Source of the DNA: Phycisphaerales bacterium | GTDB lineage: Bacteria > Planctomycetota > Phycisphaerae > Phycisphaerales > UBA1924 | Direction of reading: 5' to 3' | Length of the DNA: 64,000 nucleotides | Assembly: GCA_965227775.1 (NCBI GenBank) | Contig: OZ245777.1 | Span: forward strand, 2,336,001 to 2,400,000 | Shown here: positions 31,043 through 43,658 of the stretch, in pieces | How positions within the stretch are numbered: position 1 is the first letter of the stretch | Layout: every line of letters begins with the position of its first letter | Translations under genes and position numbers: made by a program | The notes under the pieces: generated by a model | Databases searched by the model: none | What the model saw: only the letters and a program-made list of their open reading frames with translations | Told to the model about the DNA's origin: nothing

Positions 31043-31546
31043 TCAGGGTAGTGGGGCGGCCTGGGTGTGTCGCAGCAGCCCGCCGGCGGCGATGGCGATC
31101 GCGTCGGCGACGTCGGCGGGCGTGGGTGGCGCGGGCAGGTCGTAGCGGGCCTGGACTGCGAGCCGCATTTGTTCCTTGGTTGCGCGCCCGAAGCCGGTCA
31201 TCGATCGCTTTACCACGGCCGGCGAGAGCTCCATGATCGGCAGCCCTGCACGCTTGGCGGTCAGCAGGATGACGCCCCGCGCGTGGCCCATGCTGATGGC
31301 GGTGGCCGGAAAGGCCTTATGGGCGAAGACGGCCTCGACGCAGGCGGCGTCGGGCTTGATCTGCTCGATCAGGTCTTGCAGATCGGCCTCGAGCTCGACC
31401 AGGCGGGTTGCGAGGCCATCGGGCGTGCCGTCGCCGCGCTTCAGGCGGAGGACACCGGCTTCGTCGAGGGCGTCTCGACCGTTCCGCAGGGCCACGCATG
31501 CGTAGCCGGTCAGGCGGAGTCCGGGATCGAGGCCGAGGACGCGCAT
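31043..31546 (-). CDS. ruvC: Holliday junction resolvase RuvC
   Basis: MRVLGLDPG, VEAVF, GHARGV, GRATKEQM, DVADAIAIA. Confidence 0.95.
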   Translation of the reverse strand: MRVLGLDPGLRLTGYACVALRNGRDALDEAGVLRLKRGDGTPDGLATRLVELEADLQDLIEQIKPDAACVEAVFAHKAFPATAISMGHARGVILLTAKRAGLPIMELSPAVVKRSMTGFGRATKEQMRLAVQARYDLPAPPTPADVADAIAIAAGGLLRHTQAAPLP

Positions 31547-31548
31547 GC

Positions 31549-32223
31549 TCAAGCTTTCGGCTGTTGGGGCTGGTTTTCCGCAACGGGGTGTTCGCCGGCG
31601 TAGTTGGTTTGCCAGTGCACCAAGGCCTTCACCATGCAATCGCACTCGAGGTTCACGCCATCGTTGGGCTTGAGATCGCCCAGCGTCGTTCGCGTGAGCG
31701 TATCGGGAATCAGGGCGACCTCGAACCAGCCCTCTTCAACCGACAACTCGGCGATGGTGAGCGAGACGCCCGAGACGCAGATCGATCCACGCGGGCTGAT
31801 GTACGGCATCAGGTGGGCCGGCGGCTTCATGCGAATCCGCCGTTGGGGCTGCTCGACCACACTGAGTACATTAGCGACCGCGTCGACGTGCCCCTGGACG
31901 AGGTGGCCGCCGAGCAGGGTCGTGGGCGTGCAGGATCGCTCCAAGTGCACGCGATCGTCTGCCTTGAGGCCGCCGAGCGTGGTGTTGTCGAGCGTCTGAT
32001 GGGTGACGTCGAACGCGACAGCCAGATGGGGCCCGTGCTCGTCTTTGCCCGGCTCAGACGCCACGAGGCTGAGGCAGCACCCGTCGATGTTGATCGATTC
32101 GCCGGGGATCGGGCCGGGCTCGGCGAGCAGGTTCGTCGGGGTGGCGACGACTAGGCGCGTGCCGGCCGGCGAGGCATCGGATTTCAGCACGCGGCCAACG
32201 CTGTGGATGAGTCCGGTGTACAT
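31549..32223 (-). CDS. ribE: Riboflavin synthase (alpha chain)
   Basis: MYTGLI, GESINIDGCCL, GGHLVQGHVD, GVSLT, VNLECD. Confidence 0.93.
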   Translation of the reverse strand: MYTGLIHSVGRVLKSDASPAGTRLVVATPTNLLAEPGPIPGESINIDGCCLSLVASEPGKDEHGPHLAVAFDVTHQTLDNTTLGGLKADDRVHLERSCTPTTLLGGHLVQGHVDAVANVLSVVEQPQRRIRMKPPAHLMPYISPRGSICVSGVSLTIAELSVEEGWFEVALIPDTLTRTTLGDLKPNDGVNLECDCMVKALVHWQTNYAGEHPVAENQPQQPKA

Positions 32224-32441
32224 GGGGTGCCGGTGCCTTTCGCGAGAGAGGACGAAACCGCGGCGGTCGATCGGGCGAAGCCCACTGGCTCCCGCGATCG
32301 GCGGCCGATGGGCCCTGGTGGCCCCTTGACCCCCTGCCGCGGGGGCCGGATACTGTGCGGCAGACATCAGGGGGCGCACGGGCCCGGTGCCGCCTTCCAG
32401 CAACCGTACGGGCCACAACCCAGCCTCGGAGCCTTCCACGG

Positions 32442-33638
32442 ATGCGTACTTCCATTGATAAGCATGGCCCCCGTCCCGATCGCCGAGCCCGCCGGTTGCT
32501 GGGCATTTCGGCGGCGGGCCTGGCTGCGTTTTCGCTGATCGCCGGTGGTTGTGCCTCGTCCTCGCAGATCGGCGCGCCGATCGACGCGACCCAGCAGGAC
32601 GCCTCGGCGAGCTTTGACAGCAACGAGATGCGTTCGATCGGCTACAGCCGTGGCTGGCGAGCTTATCCGATCGTCACGCGTCGCCAGAGTGTGGAGCTTG
32701 TGAGCACCTTCGATGACATCGTGCTGGTGCTCGAGGGCGGCTCGACGCTGAGCTGCATCGACGCTCAGGATGGTGCTTCTCGCTGGAGCACGCAGCTTGA
32801 GAGCCCCGTGACTCCCTTCTTGGGGATCGCCCGTCAGGGCAACCTTGTCTACGTGAACTCGTCTTCGGAGCTCTACGTGCTCGACGCCTTGAGCGGTGAG
32901 TTGCGTGCCCGACAGACGCTTCCGCTCGTGGTGACGACCGGTCCGACGCGGCACGAGGGCCAGCTGCTCTTCGGTTGCGCGGATGGCCAGGTGTTCAGTT
33001 ATGTGCCGACGCAGCAGATCAAGCTTTGGGGCAACCAGCTCGACCACCCCGTCGAGATGGACGCCATCTTGGTCGACGGCATTGCGGCGTTCGTGAGCTC
33101 GCAGGGCGATGTGCTGTTCATCGATCCGGCGCGCGGCACCGCGATGATGCGGGCCGGCGGCGGCCAGCGGTTCAACGCGCTCTTCGACGGCCCGGGCGCC
33201 ATGCCCGCGACCGCTCCGGGCATGCTGATCGTGCCGAGCGACGACCAATCGCTGTGGGCGTTCACCCCCGCAAGCAGCCGCAACCTTTGGCGCGTACCCA
33301 CCGAGGGGCCGATCACGAGCCGCCCGGTGGTGCATGGTGATCACGTGTTCATTGATCTGCCGGCCCTGGGCTTCAGCGCCGTGAACCTTGGCACGGGCGA
33401 AGTCGATTGGTCGCTCGAAGACGTGGGCGGAGAGCTCGTCGCGGTGCGCGACAAGCTGCTTGTCGTATTCGACGCCGACAATCAGGTGCTCACGCAGATC
33501 GATGGGCCAACGGGTGACGTCTTTGGCAAGGTGTCTGTCGGCGGTGTGAGCCGTGTCGAGACTGCCGCGCTCGAAGACCAGCCCATCTACCTGATCACCG
33601 ACCGCGGGCTGGTCGCCCGCTTCAACCCTGACGCCTGA
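32442..33638 (+). CDS. PQQ-type beta-propeller lipoprotein (BamB-like)
   Basis: Lipobox AGGC; repeated DAxxGxxxW blades. Confidence 0.75.
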   Translation: MRTSIDKHGPRPDRRARRLLGISAAGLAAFSLIAGGCASSSQIGAPIDATQQDASASFDSNEMRSIGYSRGWRAYPIVTRRQSVELVSTFDDIVLVLEGGSTLSCIDAQDGASRWSTQLESPVTPFLGIARQGNLVYVNSSSELYVLDALSGELRARQTLPLVVTTGPTRHEGQLLFGCADGQVFSYVPTQQIKLWGNQLDHPVEMDAILVDGIAAFVSSQGDVLFIDPARGTAMMRAGGGQRFNALFDGPGAMPATAPGMLIVPSDDQSLWAFTPASSRNLWRVPTEGPITSRPVVHGDHVFIDLPALGFSAVNLGTGEVDWSLEDVGGELVAVRDKLLVVFDADNQVLTQIDGPTGDVFGKVSVGGVSRVETAALEDQPIYLITDRGLVARFNPDA

Positions 33639-33641
33639 GCG

Positions 33642-35258
33642 GTGGGGGCGAACAGCGATGATCCGGGCGTTCGGCCGGTCCGCCGGGCGCTGATCTCCGT
33701 GAGCGACAAGACGGGCGTCGAGGAGTTTGCCTCGATGCTGTCGCATCATGGCGTTGAGCTTGTCTCAACCGGCGGAACGGCACGCACGCTGCGCGAATCG
33801 GGGCTGGCCGTGCGAGATGTGAGCGAACTGACCGGCTTTCCAGAAATGCTCGACGGCCGCGTGAAGACGCTGCACCCGAAGGTGCACGGCGGCATCCTGG
33901 GCGTGGAGGAGTTGCCCGAGCACGCTCGTGCGATGGGTGATCACGGCATCGAGCCCATCGATCTCGTTTGCATCGACCTGTACCCCTTCGAGTCGACCAT
34001 CGCCAGGGAGGGCGTGACCAAGGCCGAGGCGATCGAGCAGATCGACATCGGCGGGCCCGCGATGGTGCGGTCGGCGGCGAAGAACCAGGATCGCGTGGCG
34101 ATCATCACGAGCCCATCGCAATACGGTGGGGTCGCGGCCGAGCTCGACGAGCATGGCGGCACGACGATGTTGCTCCGGGCCAGACTTGCGGCGGCTGCGT
34201 TTGCGCGCACGAGCGCGTACGACGCCGCGATCGCGGGGTATCTGACATCGAGTGCGGGCGACGCGATGCCCGACACGCTCTCCTTGCGCATGGAGCGTGC
34301 CGGCGAACTTCGGTACGGAGAGAACCCGCACCAGGCCGCAGCGGTCTACAAGGACGCCGATTTCTCGGGGCCGACCGTCGTGGGTGTCGAGCCCTTGCAC
34401 GGCAAGGCGCTCAGCTACAACAACCTTGCGGACGCGAGCGCGGCGCTGGAGCTCGCGTTGGACCTGGCGCGCACGACCGGCAAGGTCGGCGCGACGGTCA
34501 TGAAGCATGCGAATCCGTGCGGTGCGTCGAGCGCCGATCGTGCGGAAGCCGCCATCGACCTGGCACTCTTGGGCGATCCGTTGGCGGCGTTCGGCGGCAT
34601 CGTGGCGTGCTCGCACGCGATCGACCTCGCGGCCGCGGAGCGATTGAGCGCGAAGGACTTGTTCCTTGAGGTGATCGTCGCTCCCGCATTTGACGCGGAT
34701 GCTTTGGAGCGGCTGCAGGCACGGTGGAAGACCACGCGTTTGCTGGCGGTCGGAGATCGCGGAGGAAGCGACCGGGTGGGCGTGATGGTGCGCACGCTGC
34801 CGGGCGGAGCGCTCGCGCAGCAGATCGATGCGTTGCGGCCGGACCCGATCTCTTGGACGCTCGCTGCGGGGCCGAAGCCGAGCGATGCGACGCTGTCGGC
34901 GTGTGCTGCACTGGTGTGCATCAGCCGGGCGCTTACCAGCAATGCGGTTGCTGTTGGAGGTGCGTCGCCGGGTGGCGTGGCGCTCTTTGGCGCCGGTGCT
35001 GGGCAGATGGACCGCGTGACGAGCTGCCGGCTGGCGGTCGAGAAGGCCGGCGACCGAACGCGCTCCTGCGATGGCGGTGGCATCGCCGCCAGCGACGGCT
35101 TCTTCCCGTTCAGCGACGGGCCTGCGATGCTGATCGACGCGGGGGTGAAGACGATCGTGCAGCCGGGCGGCTCGAAGCGTGACGACGAGACGATCGAGTT
35201 GTGCGAGCGCGAGGGCGTCAGCTTGTTGATGACGGGCGTGCGGCACTTCCGCCACTAA
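33642..35258 (+). CDS. purH: Bifunctional AICAR transformylase/IMP cyclohydrolase
   Basis: ALISVSDK, GRVKTLHP, IDIGGP, LRYGENPHQ, KHANPCG, QPGGSKRD, RHFRH. Confidence 0.97.
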   Translation: MGANSDDPGVRPVRRALISVSDKTGVEEFASMLSHHGVELVSTGGTARTLRESGLAVRDVSELTGFPEMLDGRVKTLHPKVHGGILGVEELPEHARAMGDHGIEPIDLVCIDLYPFESTIAREGVTKAEAIEQIDIGGPAMVRSAAKNQDRVAIITSPSQYGGVAAELDEHGGTTMLLRARLAAAAFARTSAYDAAIAGYLTSSAGDAMPDTLSLRMERAGELRYGENPHQAAAVYKDADFSGPTVVGVEPLHGKALSYNNLADASAALELALDLARTTGKVGATVMKHANPCGASSADRAEAAIDLALLGDPLAAFGGIVACSHAIDLAAAERLSAKDLFLEVIVAPAFDADALERLQARWKTTRLLAVGDRGGSDRVGVMVRTLPGGALAQQIDALRPDPISWTLAAGPKPSDATLSACAALVCISRALTSNAVAVGGASPGGVALFGAGAGQMDRVTSCRLAVEKAGDRTRSCDGGGIAASDGFFPFSDGPAMLIDAGVKTIVQPGGSKRDDETIELCEREGVSLLMTGVRHFRH

Positions 35259-35396
35259 GCCGGTCGACGCGCATTCGCGGACCTTGCCATGGTGCCGGGT
35301 CGTTTCTCTGTTCGGATCGTGTAAAACATCCTCGACCGGTTGTGGACAACTCCGGCGGTCTTGCCGACAATTCGTTCGCAAGGCGGTTTGTTGAGG

Positions 35397-36188
35397 ATGC
35401 GTCCTTCAAGACCCAACCCGAGGCCGAACGGCGACGCGTCCCATGCGTCCCGGGGGGGCGGTACTCGCCCTAGAAACGGCAAGACGCACGGTCGCCATCA
35501 GCTCGCCCACTCGCATTCGGCCGAGATCCGAGCCATCCGCGCGTGTTCTCTGGACGTGCCTGTGCTGTTGCTGAACAAGCACTACGCGGCGCTGCGAGTG
35601 ATCACCGCTCGCCGGGCGTTCACGCTGCTCTGCAAGGAATTGGCCGAGGTCGTGCATGTCGAGGGCGAGGATACGGCCGCGACGTTCAGCAACTACGACT
35701 TCGCGCAGTGGGTTGAGATGTCGGCCCTGCAGCAGGAGATGGAGCCGGCAGCGCACGATTGGGTGCGCACTGTTCGGCTGTCGATCGCCGTGCCCAGGGT
35801 CATTCGGCTGCTGGGCTACGACCGCCTGCCACGCGTGCAGGTGCGGCTGAGCCGGCGCACCATCTTCGAGCGTGATGGCCACCAGTGCCAGTATTGCAAG
35901 CGGTACTTCCGCGGCGGCGATTTGTCGGTCGATCACGTGCTTCCGCGGGCGCGGGGTGGCGGCGATAGCTGGGAGAACCTGGTGGCTGCGTGCATCCGTT
36001 GCAACGCCGCCAAGGGCGACCGCACGCCGAGCGAGGCGGGCATGCCCCTCGCGCGAGCGCCCAAGCGGCCGACGCCGGATTCGATCCTGCACGGCTGGGG
36101 CGCGGGCGGGCCGGGCAACAAGGCCCGCGGGGTACGCAGCGACCCGCGATTCGCGGTGTGGCGGATGTTCTTGCCGGCCGGGCGATAG
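35397..36188 (+). CDS. HNH endonuclease (McrA/HNH_5 type)
   Basis: VLLLN..Y, IFERDGHQCQYC, DHVLPRARGG, WENLVAACIRCNAAKG; start uncertain. Confidence 0.88.
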   Translation: MRPSRPNPRPNGDASHASRGGGTRPRNGKTHGRHQLAHSHSAEIRAIRACSLDVPVLLLNKHYAALRVITARRAFTLLCKELAEVVHVEGEDTAATFSNYDFAQWVEMSALQQEMEPAAHDWVRTVRLSIAVPRVIRLLGYDRLPRVQVRLSRRTIFERDGHQCQYCKRYFRGGDLSVDHVLPRARGGGDSWENLVAACIRCNAAKGDRTPSEAGMPLARAPKRPTPDSILHGWGAGGPGNKARGVRSDPRFAVWRMFLPAGR

Positions 36189-36207
36189 ATGCGGTACCAA
36201 GTCTAAA

Positions 36208-36235
36208 CGAGCCGGCGTTCTTCAATGCCGGCTCG
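36208..36235. terminator. Hairpin between convergent genes
   Basis: CGAGCCGGC-N10-GCCGGCTCG; no U tract. Confidence 0.5.
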
Positions 36236-36261
36236 CTGTCATTCATGAGTTGTCGAGTCGC

Positions 36262-37062
36262 TTACTCGCCGCCGCGGAGCATGGCCAGCAGGCGGAGGAT
36301 GCTGATGTAGAGCCAGACGATGGTGACCAGCAGTGCGAAGCCGGCGTACCACTCCATCCACTTGGGGGCCTTGTTGGCCACGCCGTCTTCGACGATCTTG
36401 AAGTCGATCACGAGGTTGAACGCGGCGACGACCACGACACCCAGGCTGATGGCGATGCTCAGTGGGCCGCCGTCCCAGACGACCAGGGGCTTTCCTGCGA
36501 GCCAGCCCAGCAGGAAGTTGGCGAGCGCGAACACGCACACGCCGGCGGTCGCCACGATGATCATGCGAACGACCATGGGTGTCGCACGGATGATCCGTGT
36601 TGCGTACAGCGCGAGCATCACGGCCGCGATCGAGAAGGTCAGCCCTGCGGCCTGGGCGATCATGGTGGTGTTGAGCTGCGCCATGGCGCCGCTTTCTCCG
36701 GCCATCTGTTCCGGATTGAACCACGTGATCCACATGAACGAGGCGCCGGCGACGAACGCGCCCTCGGCGATTGCGTAGACCGGGGCGAGGAACGGGGCCA
36801 GGCGGGGCTTCAAGATGATGATCAACGCGAGCGCCAGCCCGACGAAGAGCCCGCCAAACAGTAACGGAACCCAGGCTCCCTCGGTCGCGAATGACCACAG
36901 CGCTGCGGCGGTGCCGACCGTCAGGCCAAGCAGGATCGCCGTGTTGGTGATGGCGCCCTGGTAGGTCATGGTCTTCGGGGCGGCGACGTGCTCGGCCCAG
37001 TCGCCGTGGCCGAGGTACTGCTCGACCTTGTTGACGGCGGGGTTGCCGGTTGTTGTGATCAT
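36262..37062 (-). CDS. Bax inhibitor-1/YccA-like membrane protein
   Basis: YAIAEG, AAFNLVIDF, APKWMEWY, LLVTIVWLYISILRLL. Confidence 0.9.
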   Translation of the reverse strand: MITTTGNPAVNKVEQYLGHGDWAEHVAAPKTMTYQGAITNTAILLGLTVGTAAALWSFATEGAWVPLLFGGLFVGLALALIIILKPRLAPFLAPVYAIAEGAFVAGASFMWITWFNPEQMAGESGAMAQLNTTMIAQAAGLTFSIAAVMLALYATRIIRATPMVVRMIIVATAGVCVFALANFLLGWLAGKPLVVWDGGPLSIAISLGVVVVAAFNLVIDFKIVEDGVANKAPKWMEWYAGFALLVTIVWLYISILRLLAMLRGGE

Positions 37063-37131
37063 CGGTCGTGTCTCCCTGCGTGGTGCGGTATCGCGTCGTT
37101 GAGATGATAAGCGGTTGGACGCATCGTGGGG

Positions 37132-37674
37132 CTATCGCGTGCCGTGGAGGACCACTGCTGGCATCGGTCCGTGGCCTGGCACCACGTTGAACATCCGCAT
37201 GACGAATGCCTCGCGGTCGCGGGCGTCGAGTTGGATCTGCCACCCCCAATCGGGCTGCCCCTCACCAGCCGGATACGTGCCGTAGAGGTAGACCACACCC
37301 TCTCGCTCGTAGCCGTTCAGGGTCATGCCATCGCCGGCGTGGAACGTGTCGGTCCAGTCGCAACGCAGGGCCGCGGGCTGGCCGGCAAGCTCGATGACGC
37401 CCTCGTGCGCCTTGTCTCCGCGAGACCAGGTGTAGCGGACGGTCTTGGCTGCGACCTCGATGGTGCCATCGGAATGATCGGGCTTGGTCGGGTCGAAGAT
37501 CCAGAGACGGTTCGGGCCGGCCCAGTTGCCGTGGTGGGTGTCGGGCAGGGCGATCTCGGTTGGGCCCGTGGGCGCGGCTTGGCCCTCTTGCCCGGGTCCG
37601 ACGCCGAGCGCGATGGCACCTCCGAGAGCGAGCACTCCGAGTGTGGCGACGAGCAGGGTGGCGGTGGGGGTCAT
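37132..37674 (-). CDS. Secreted hypothetical beta-barrel protein (DUF1579-like)
   Basis: SD AAGGAG, signal/TM, WTDTFH, PDWGWQI. Confidence 0.6.
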   Translation of the reverse strand: MTPTATLLVATLGVLALGGAIALGVGPGQEGQAAPTGPTEIALPDTHHGNWAGPNRLWIFDPTKPDHSDGTIEVAAKTVRYTWSRGDKAHEGVIELAGQPAALRCDWTDTFHAGDGMTLNGYEREGVVYLYGTYPAGEGQPDWGWQIQLDARDREAFVMRMFNVVPGHGPMPAVVLHGTR

Positions 37675-37698
37675 GTTGGTCTCCTTCGAAGCAGGATC

Positions 37699-39942
37699 TT
37701 ACTTCGCTGCTGGTTCGCCGATGGTCAGTGCCTTCATCTCGCGTCCGTTGGCGACCAGAAGGGTGGGGCCGGCCTCGGTCTCGTGCCATGCGATGCCGGC
37801 GCGGTCTCCGCCGACCTTGGTGTGAGCGATGATGCTGCCGTCGTCGAGGTCGAAGACGCAGACGAGCCCGCCGTGGAAGGAGGCCGCTGCCCAGGAACGG
37901 CTGGCCGCGGCGGCGATGTCATCAGCCGGTCCGTTGCCGGCCACGCTCTGTCGCCAGATCTCGTTGCCATCGGAATCGACTGCGATCACGACAGCGGCAC
38001 CGTTATGACCGCCCGTACCCAGCAGAAGGATCGGGTCACCATTCCTGAATGCCGGCCGAACGAGGTTGGTGTAGTCGCGAGACCAGAGCAGCCGCTTCTG
38101 GCGACCGGTCTTGCCGTCGTAGACGTGGACTGTGCCGCCGGCTGACGTGGAGATGGGGTCTGCGATTCCGTCGCGATCGAGGTCGAGGGCGGTGACGTGC
38201 CAGATGTTGCCCGAGTCTCGGTTGCTCCAGATCTCCTTGCCTTGCGCGTCGTATGCGCGGATGCCGGTGTTGCCGTTGTAGCCGACGATGATCTCGTCGA
38301 TGCCATCACCGTCGAGGTCGGCGGGCCACGCGTCGTTCGGTCCTTGACCGCGCGGCACCGACCACTTTGTGTTACCTTCGTCGTCGATCAGTGTCGGGGG
38401 TTCGCCCCAGGTGGAGAAGACGACGTAGCCGCGCTCGCCGGCCGCCAGTCGCATCGTGCGCACCTTCGTGCCGAGGGAGCGGCTGGTGATCCGGTCCTTC
38501 ATCTCGCCGTCGTGCGTCATGCGAGCGACGCCGGTGAATCCGGCGGTGAGCAGATCGCCGCGATCGACCATGACTGAGTTCCATGCGCCGCGGACCGACC
38601 AGGCTTGGGTCATGTTCTCGGCCTCGGGCAGCGCCGCGGCCCCGCGCCGCTCGCCCGGCTCTGGCACGGGCTCGCCCGCGATGGAAGCCTCAATCTCGGC
38701 GGAGATGTCATCGGCCAGCGTGGGCGAGAAGCCGACGTGCACGGCCCGGATTGTGCCGTCGGCGTCGATCACGACCGTCTGCGGGATGCCGGTGACTCCG
38801 TAGGCTTCGCTCACCGAGCCATCGATGTCGAGCGCGACGGGGAGCGAGAGTTCCTGCTGCTCCATGAACTGTGCGGCGACGTCTTCGGTCTCCTGCACGT
38901 TGACGGCGTAGATCGTGACGCCCTGCTCGGCGTACTTCTCGGCGACCTCATCGAGCACGGGCAGCCCTTCGCGGCAGGGAGGGCACCATGTCGCCCAGAA
39001 GTCGAGCACGACGACCTTGTTGTCGGCCAGTGCGTCTTCGAGCGACATCTCGCCACCGCCGGTCGTTGCGAGCTCGAAGCCGGGCGCCTCGGTGCCCACG
39101 AGCGAGGCGGTCTGGGGCTCGTCCCAGCCCTCCATGTCGAAGTCGCCCATGTCGTCGTACTCGGCACCGAAGAACACGCCGGCGATGGTCTTGGCTTCTT
39201 GCGCGCCGTCTGGGGGCGTGAAGGCCAGGCGGTCGTCGGCGATCGTCTCCGGAGTCGTCCAACTGGTGAACAGTGTCGAGTAGCCCTTGCTCTCGGGTAG
39301 CCAGCCCGAGTCGATCCAGCTCTGGGGCAGCGGGTACTGGGCCTTCAACAGCAGTGGATCCCCTTCGGCAGCGATCCACATGTCGAAGGCAACGCCGCCA
39401 CCGTCGATGCGCACGCGATTGGCCTTGCGTTCGCCGACTTCTTCGATGCCGACGAACTCTGCCGTATCGAGTGTGCCCTCGATCAGCGCCAGCGGATCGT
39501 TGGCGACAATGGTCTTCAAGCCCGGGCCAACGAGCATGCGCCATTGCCAATCGACCCACGTCGCGTCGTGTTGGGAGAATGCTTCCAGCACGTCGTCGAC
39601 ACCCTCGCTCGTGACGAAGCTGTTGTGCTCGATGCCATGAATGACCGTCTCGTCGTTCCCAGCGTAGAGCGATGCGGTTGGCATGCCGCCAGTGTGGCGC
39701 AGCATCAGCTGGCCGGGCTTCGAGATCGTTCCCTCGTAGAAAGCCCAGTAGCGGGACTCTGCGCCCTGGCCGAGCATATCGAGCTCGACCGTGCACTTGA
39801 ACTCGGCGTTCTCGACCGAACCGTGGTACTCGGCCATCGAGCGCACCAGCTCCGCGGCATCTGGATGATCTTGCCCGATCGCCATGGTGGTGGTTGCAAG
39901 GCCGACGGCGCACACCAACAGGCACGGATTGCTGCGATACAT
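37699..39942 (-). CDS. Secreted multidomain TlpA-like redoxin (LolA-like N-domain, thioredoxin, FG-GAP-like propeller)
   Basis: Signal peptide; LDFWATWCPPC...YGVTGIP; ADLDGDGIDEI repeats. Confidence 0.8.
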   Translation of the reverse strand: MYRSNPCLLVCAVGLATTTMAIGQDHPDAAELVRSMAEYHGSVENAEFKCTVELDMLGQGAESRYWAFYEGTISKPGQLMLRHTGGMPTASLYAGNDETVIHGIEHNSFVTSEGVDDVLEAFSQHDATWVDWQWRMLVGPGLKTIVANDPLALIEGTLDTAEFVGIEEVGERKANRVRIDGGGVAFDMWIAAEGDPLLLKAQYPLPQSWIDSGWLPESKGYSTLFTSWTTPETIADDRLAFTPPDGAQEAKTIAGVFFGAEYDDMGDFDMEGWDEPQTASLVGTEAPGFELATTGGGEMSLEDALADNKVVVLDFWATWCPPCREGLPVLDEVAEKYAEQGVTIYAVNVQETEDVAAQFMEQQELSLPVALDIDGSVSEAYGVTGIPQTVVIDADGTIRAVHVGFSPTLADDISAEIEASIAGEPVPEPGERRGAAALPEAENMTQAWSVRGAWNSVMVDRGDLLTAGFTGVARMTHDGEMKDRITSRSLGTKVRTMRLAAGERGYVVFSTWGEPPTLIDDEGNTKWSVPRGQGPNDAWPADLDGDGIDEIIVGYNGNTGIRAYDAQGKEIWSNRDSGNIWHVTALDLDRDGIADPISTSAGGTVHVYDGKTGRQKRLLWSRDYTNLVRPAFRNGDPILLLGTGGHNGAAVVIAVDSDGNEIWRQSVAGNGPADDIAAAASRSWAAASFHGGLVCVFDLDDGSIIAHTKVGGDRAGIAWHETEAGPTLLVANGREMKALTIGEPAAK

Positions 39943-40101
39943 GAGTGTTCCCCTTCACGTCACCAAGAGCGCGCCCACCGAGAATCGGCGAACGCGAACC
40001 AGTACCCGAAAACGGGTCGCGTGGTTCGCCCCAGGTAGTATGACCGAAGTCGCTCCAGGATGCAACGTGATTTGGATCGGACTGGGCGTCGGATGGGGGT
40101 A

Positions 40102-43225
<3,124 letters not shown>

Positions 43226-43658
43226 GGATGGAACTCCGGAGACCAGATTCGGGACAGGTCGTGGTGGTGCGAGCAAGAGTGAGTGGGCTCGCGGTTCTGC
43301 TTGAACAGAGCGCGAAGGGGAGTATAGCGAGCCGCGGGATGGCCCGCGTGCTTCGTCGTGGGGCGGTCGACCGGCCCACGTCGGAAAAATCTCAAAAAAG
43401 TCACCCCCAGACTTGCCCCTGCGGCTGTTGGTATCCCCGCCATCCGCAGTGCGGAACGTCCTGATAGCTGATCGAGACAAAACGCCCTTGGCGCCGCGTG
43501 GAGGGCGTTTGTGGGCACAAACCGGCTGCGAGTGGCGGCATTAGGGCTGCGACGGATGGTGGCAACACGGTGATCTGCAGGAGCGAGCATTCACACAGGC
43601 ATCGCCCGCGAGCGGGCATCGCCGAGCAACGACGTTCCCCCAAAGGAGGACACGAACC

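Noticed and set aside
32224..32441. Possible FMN (ribE) or ZTP (purH operon) riboswitch
   Set aside because: I could not find the conserved core motifs of either; an Rfam scan would settle it.
35341..35349. DnaA-box-like TGTGGACAA
   Set aside because: Single copy with no box cluster or AT-rich unwinding element; not evidence for oriC.
43226..43658. Long tig/fasciclin intergenic region, candidate tRNA or sRNA (hairpin 43480-43510)
   Set aside because: No cloverleaf or T-loop motif; one hairpin is insufficient for an ncRNA call.
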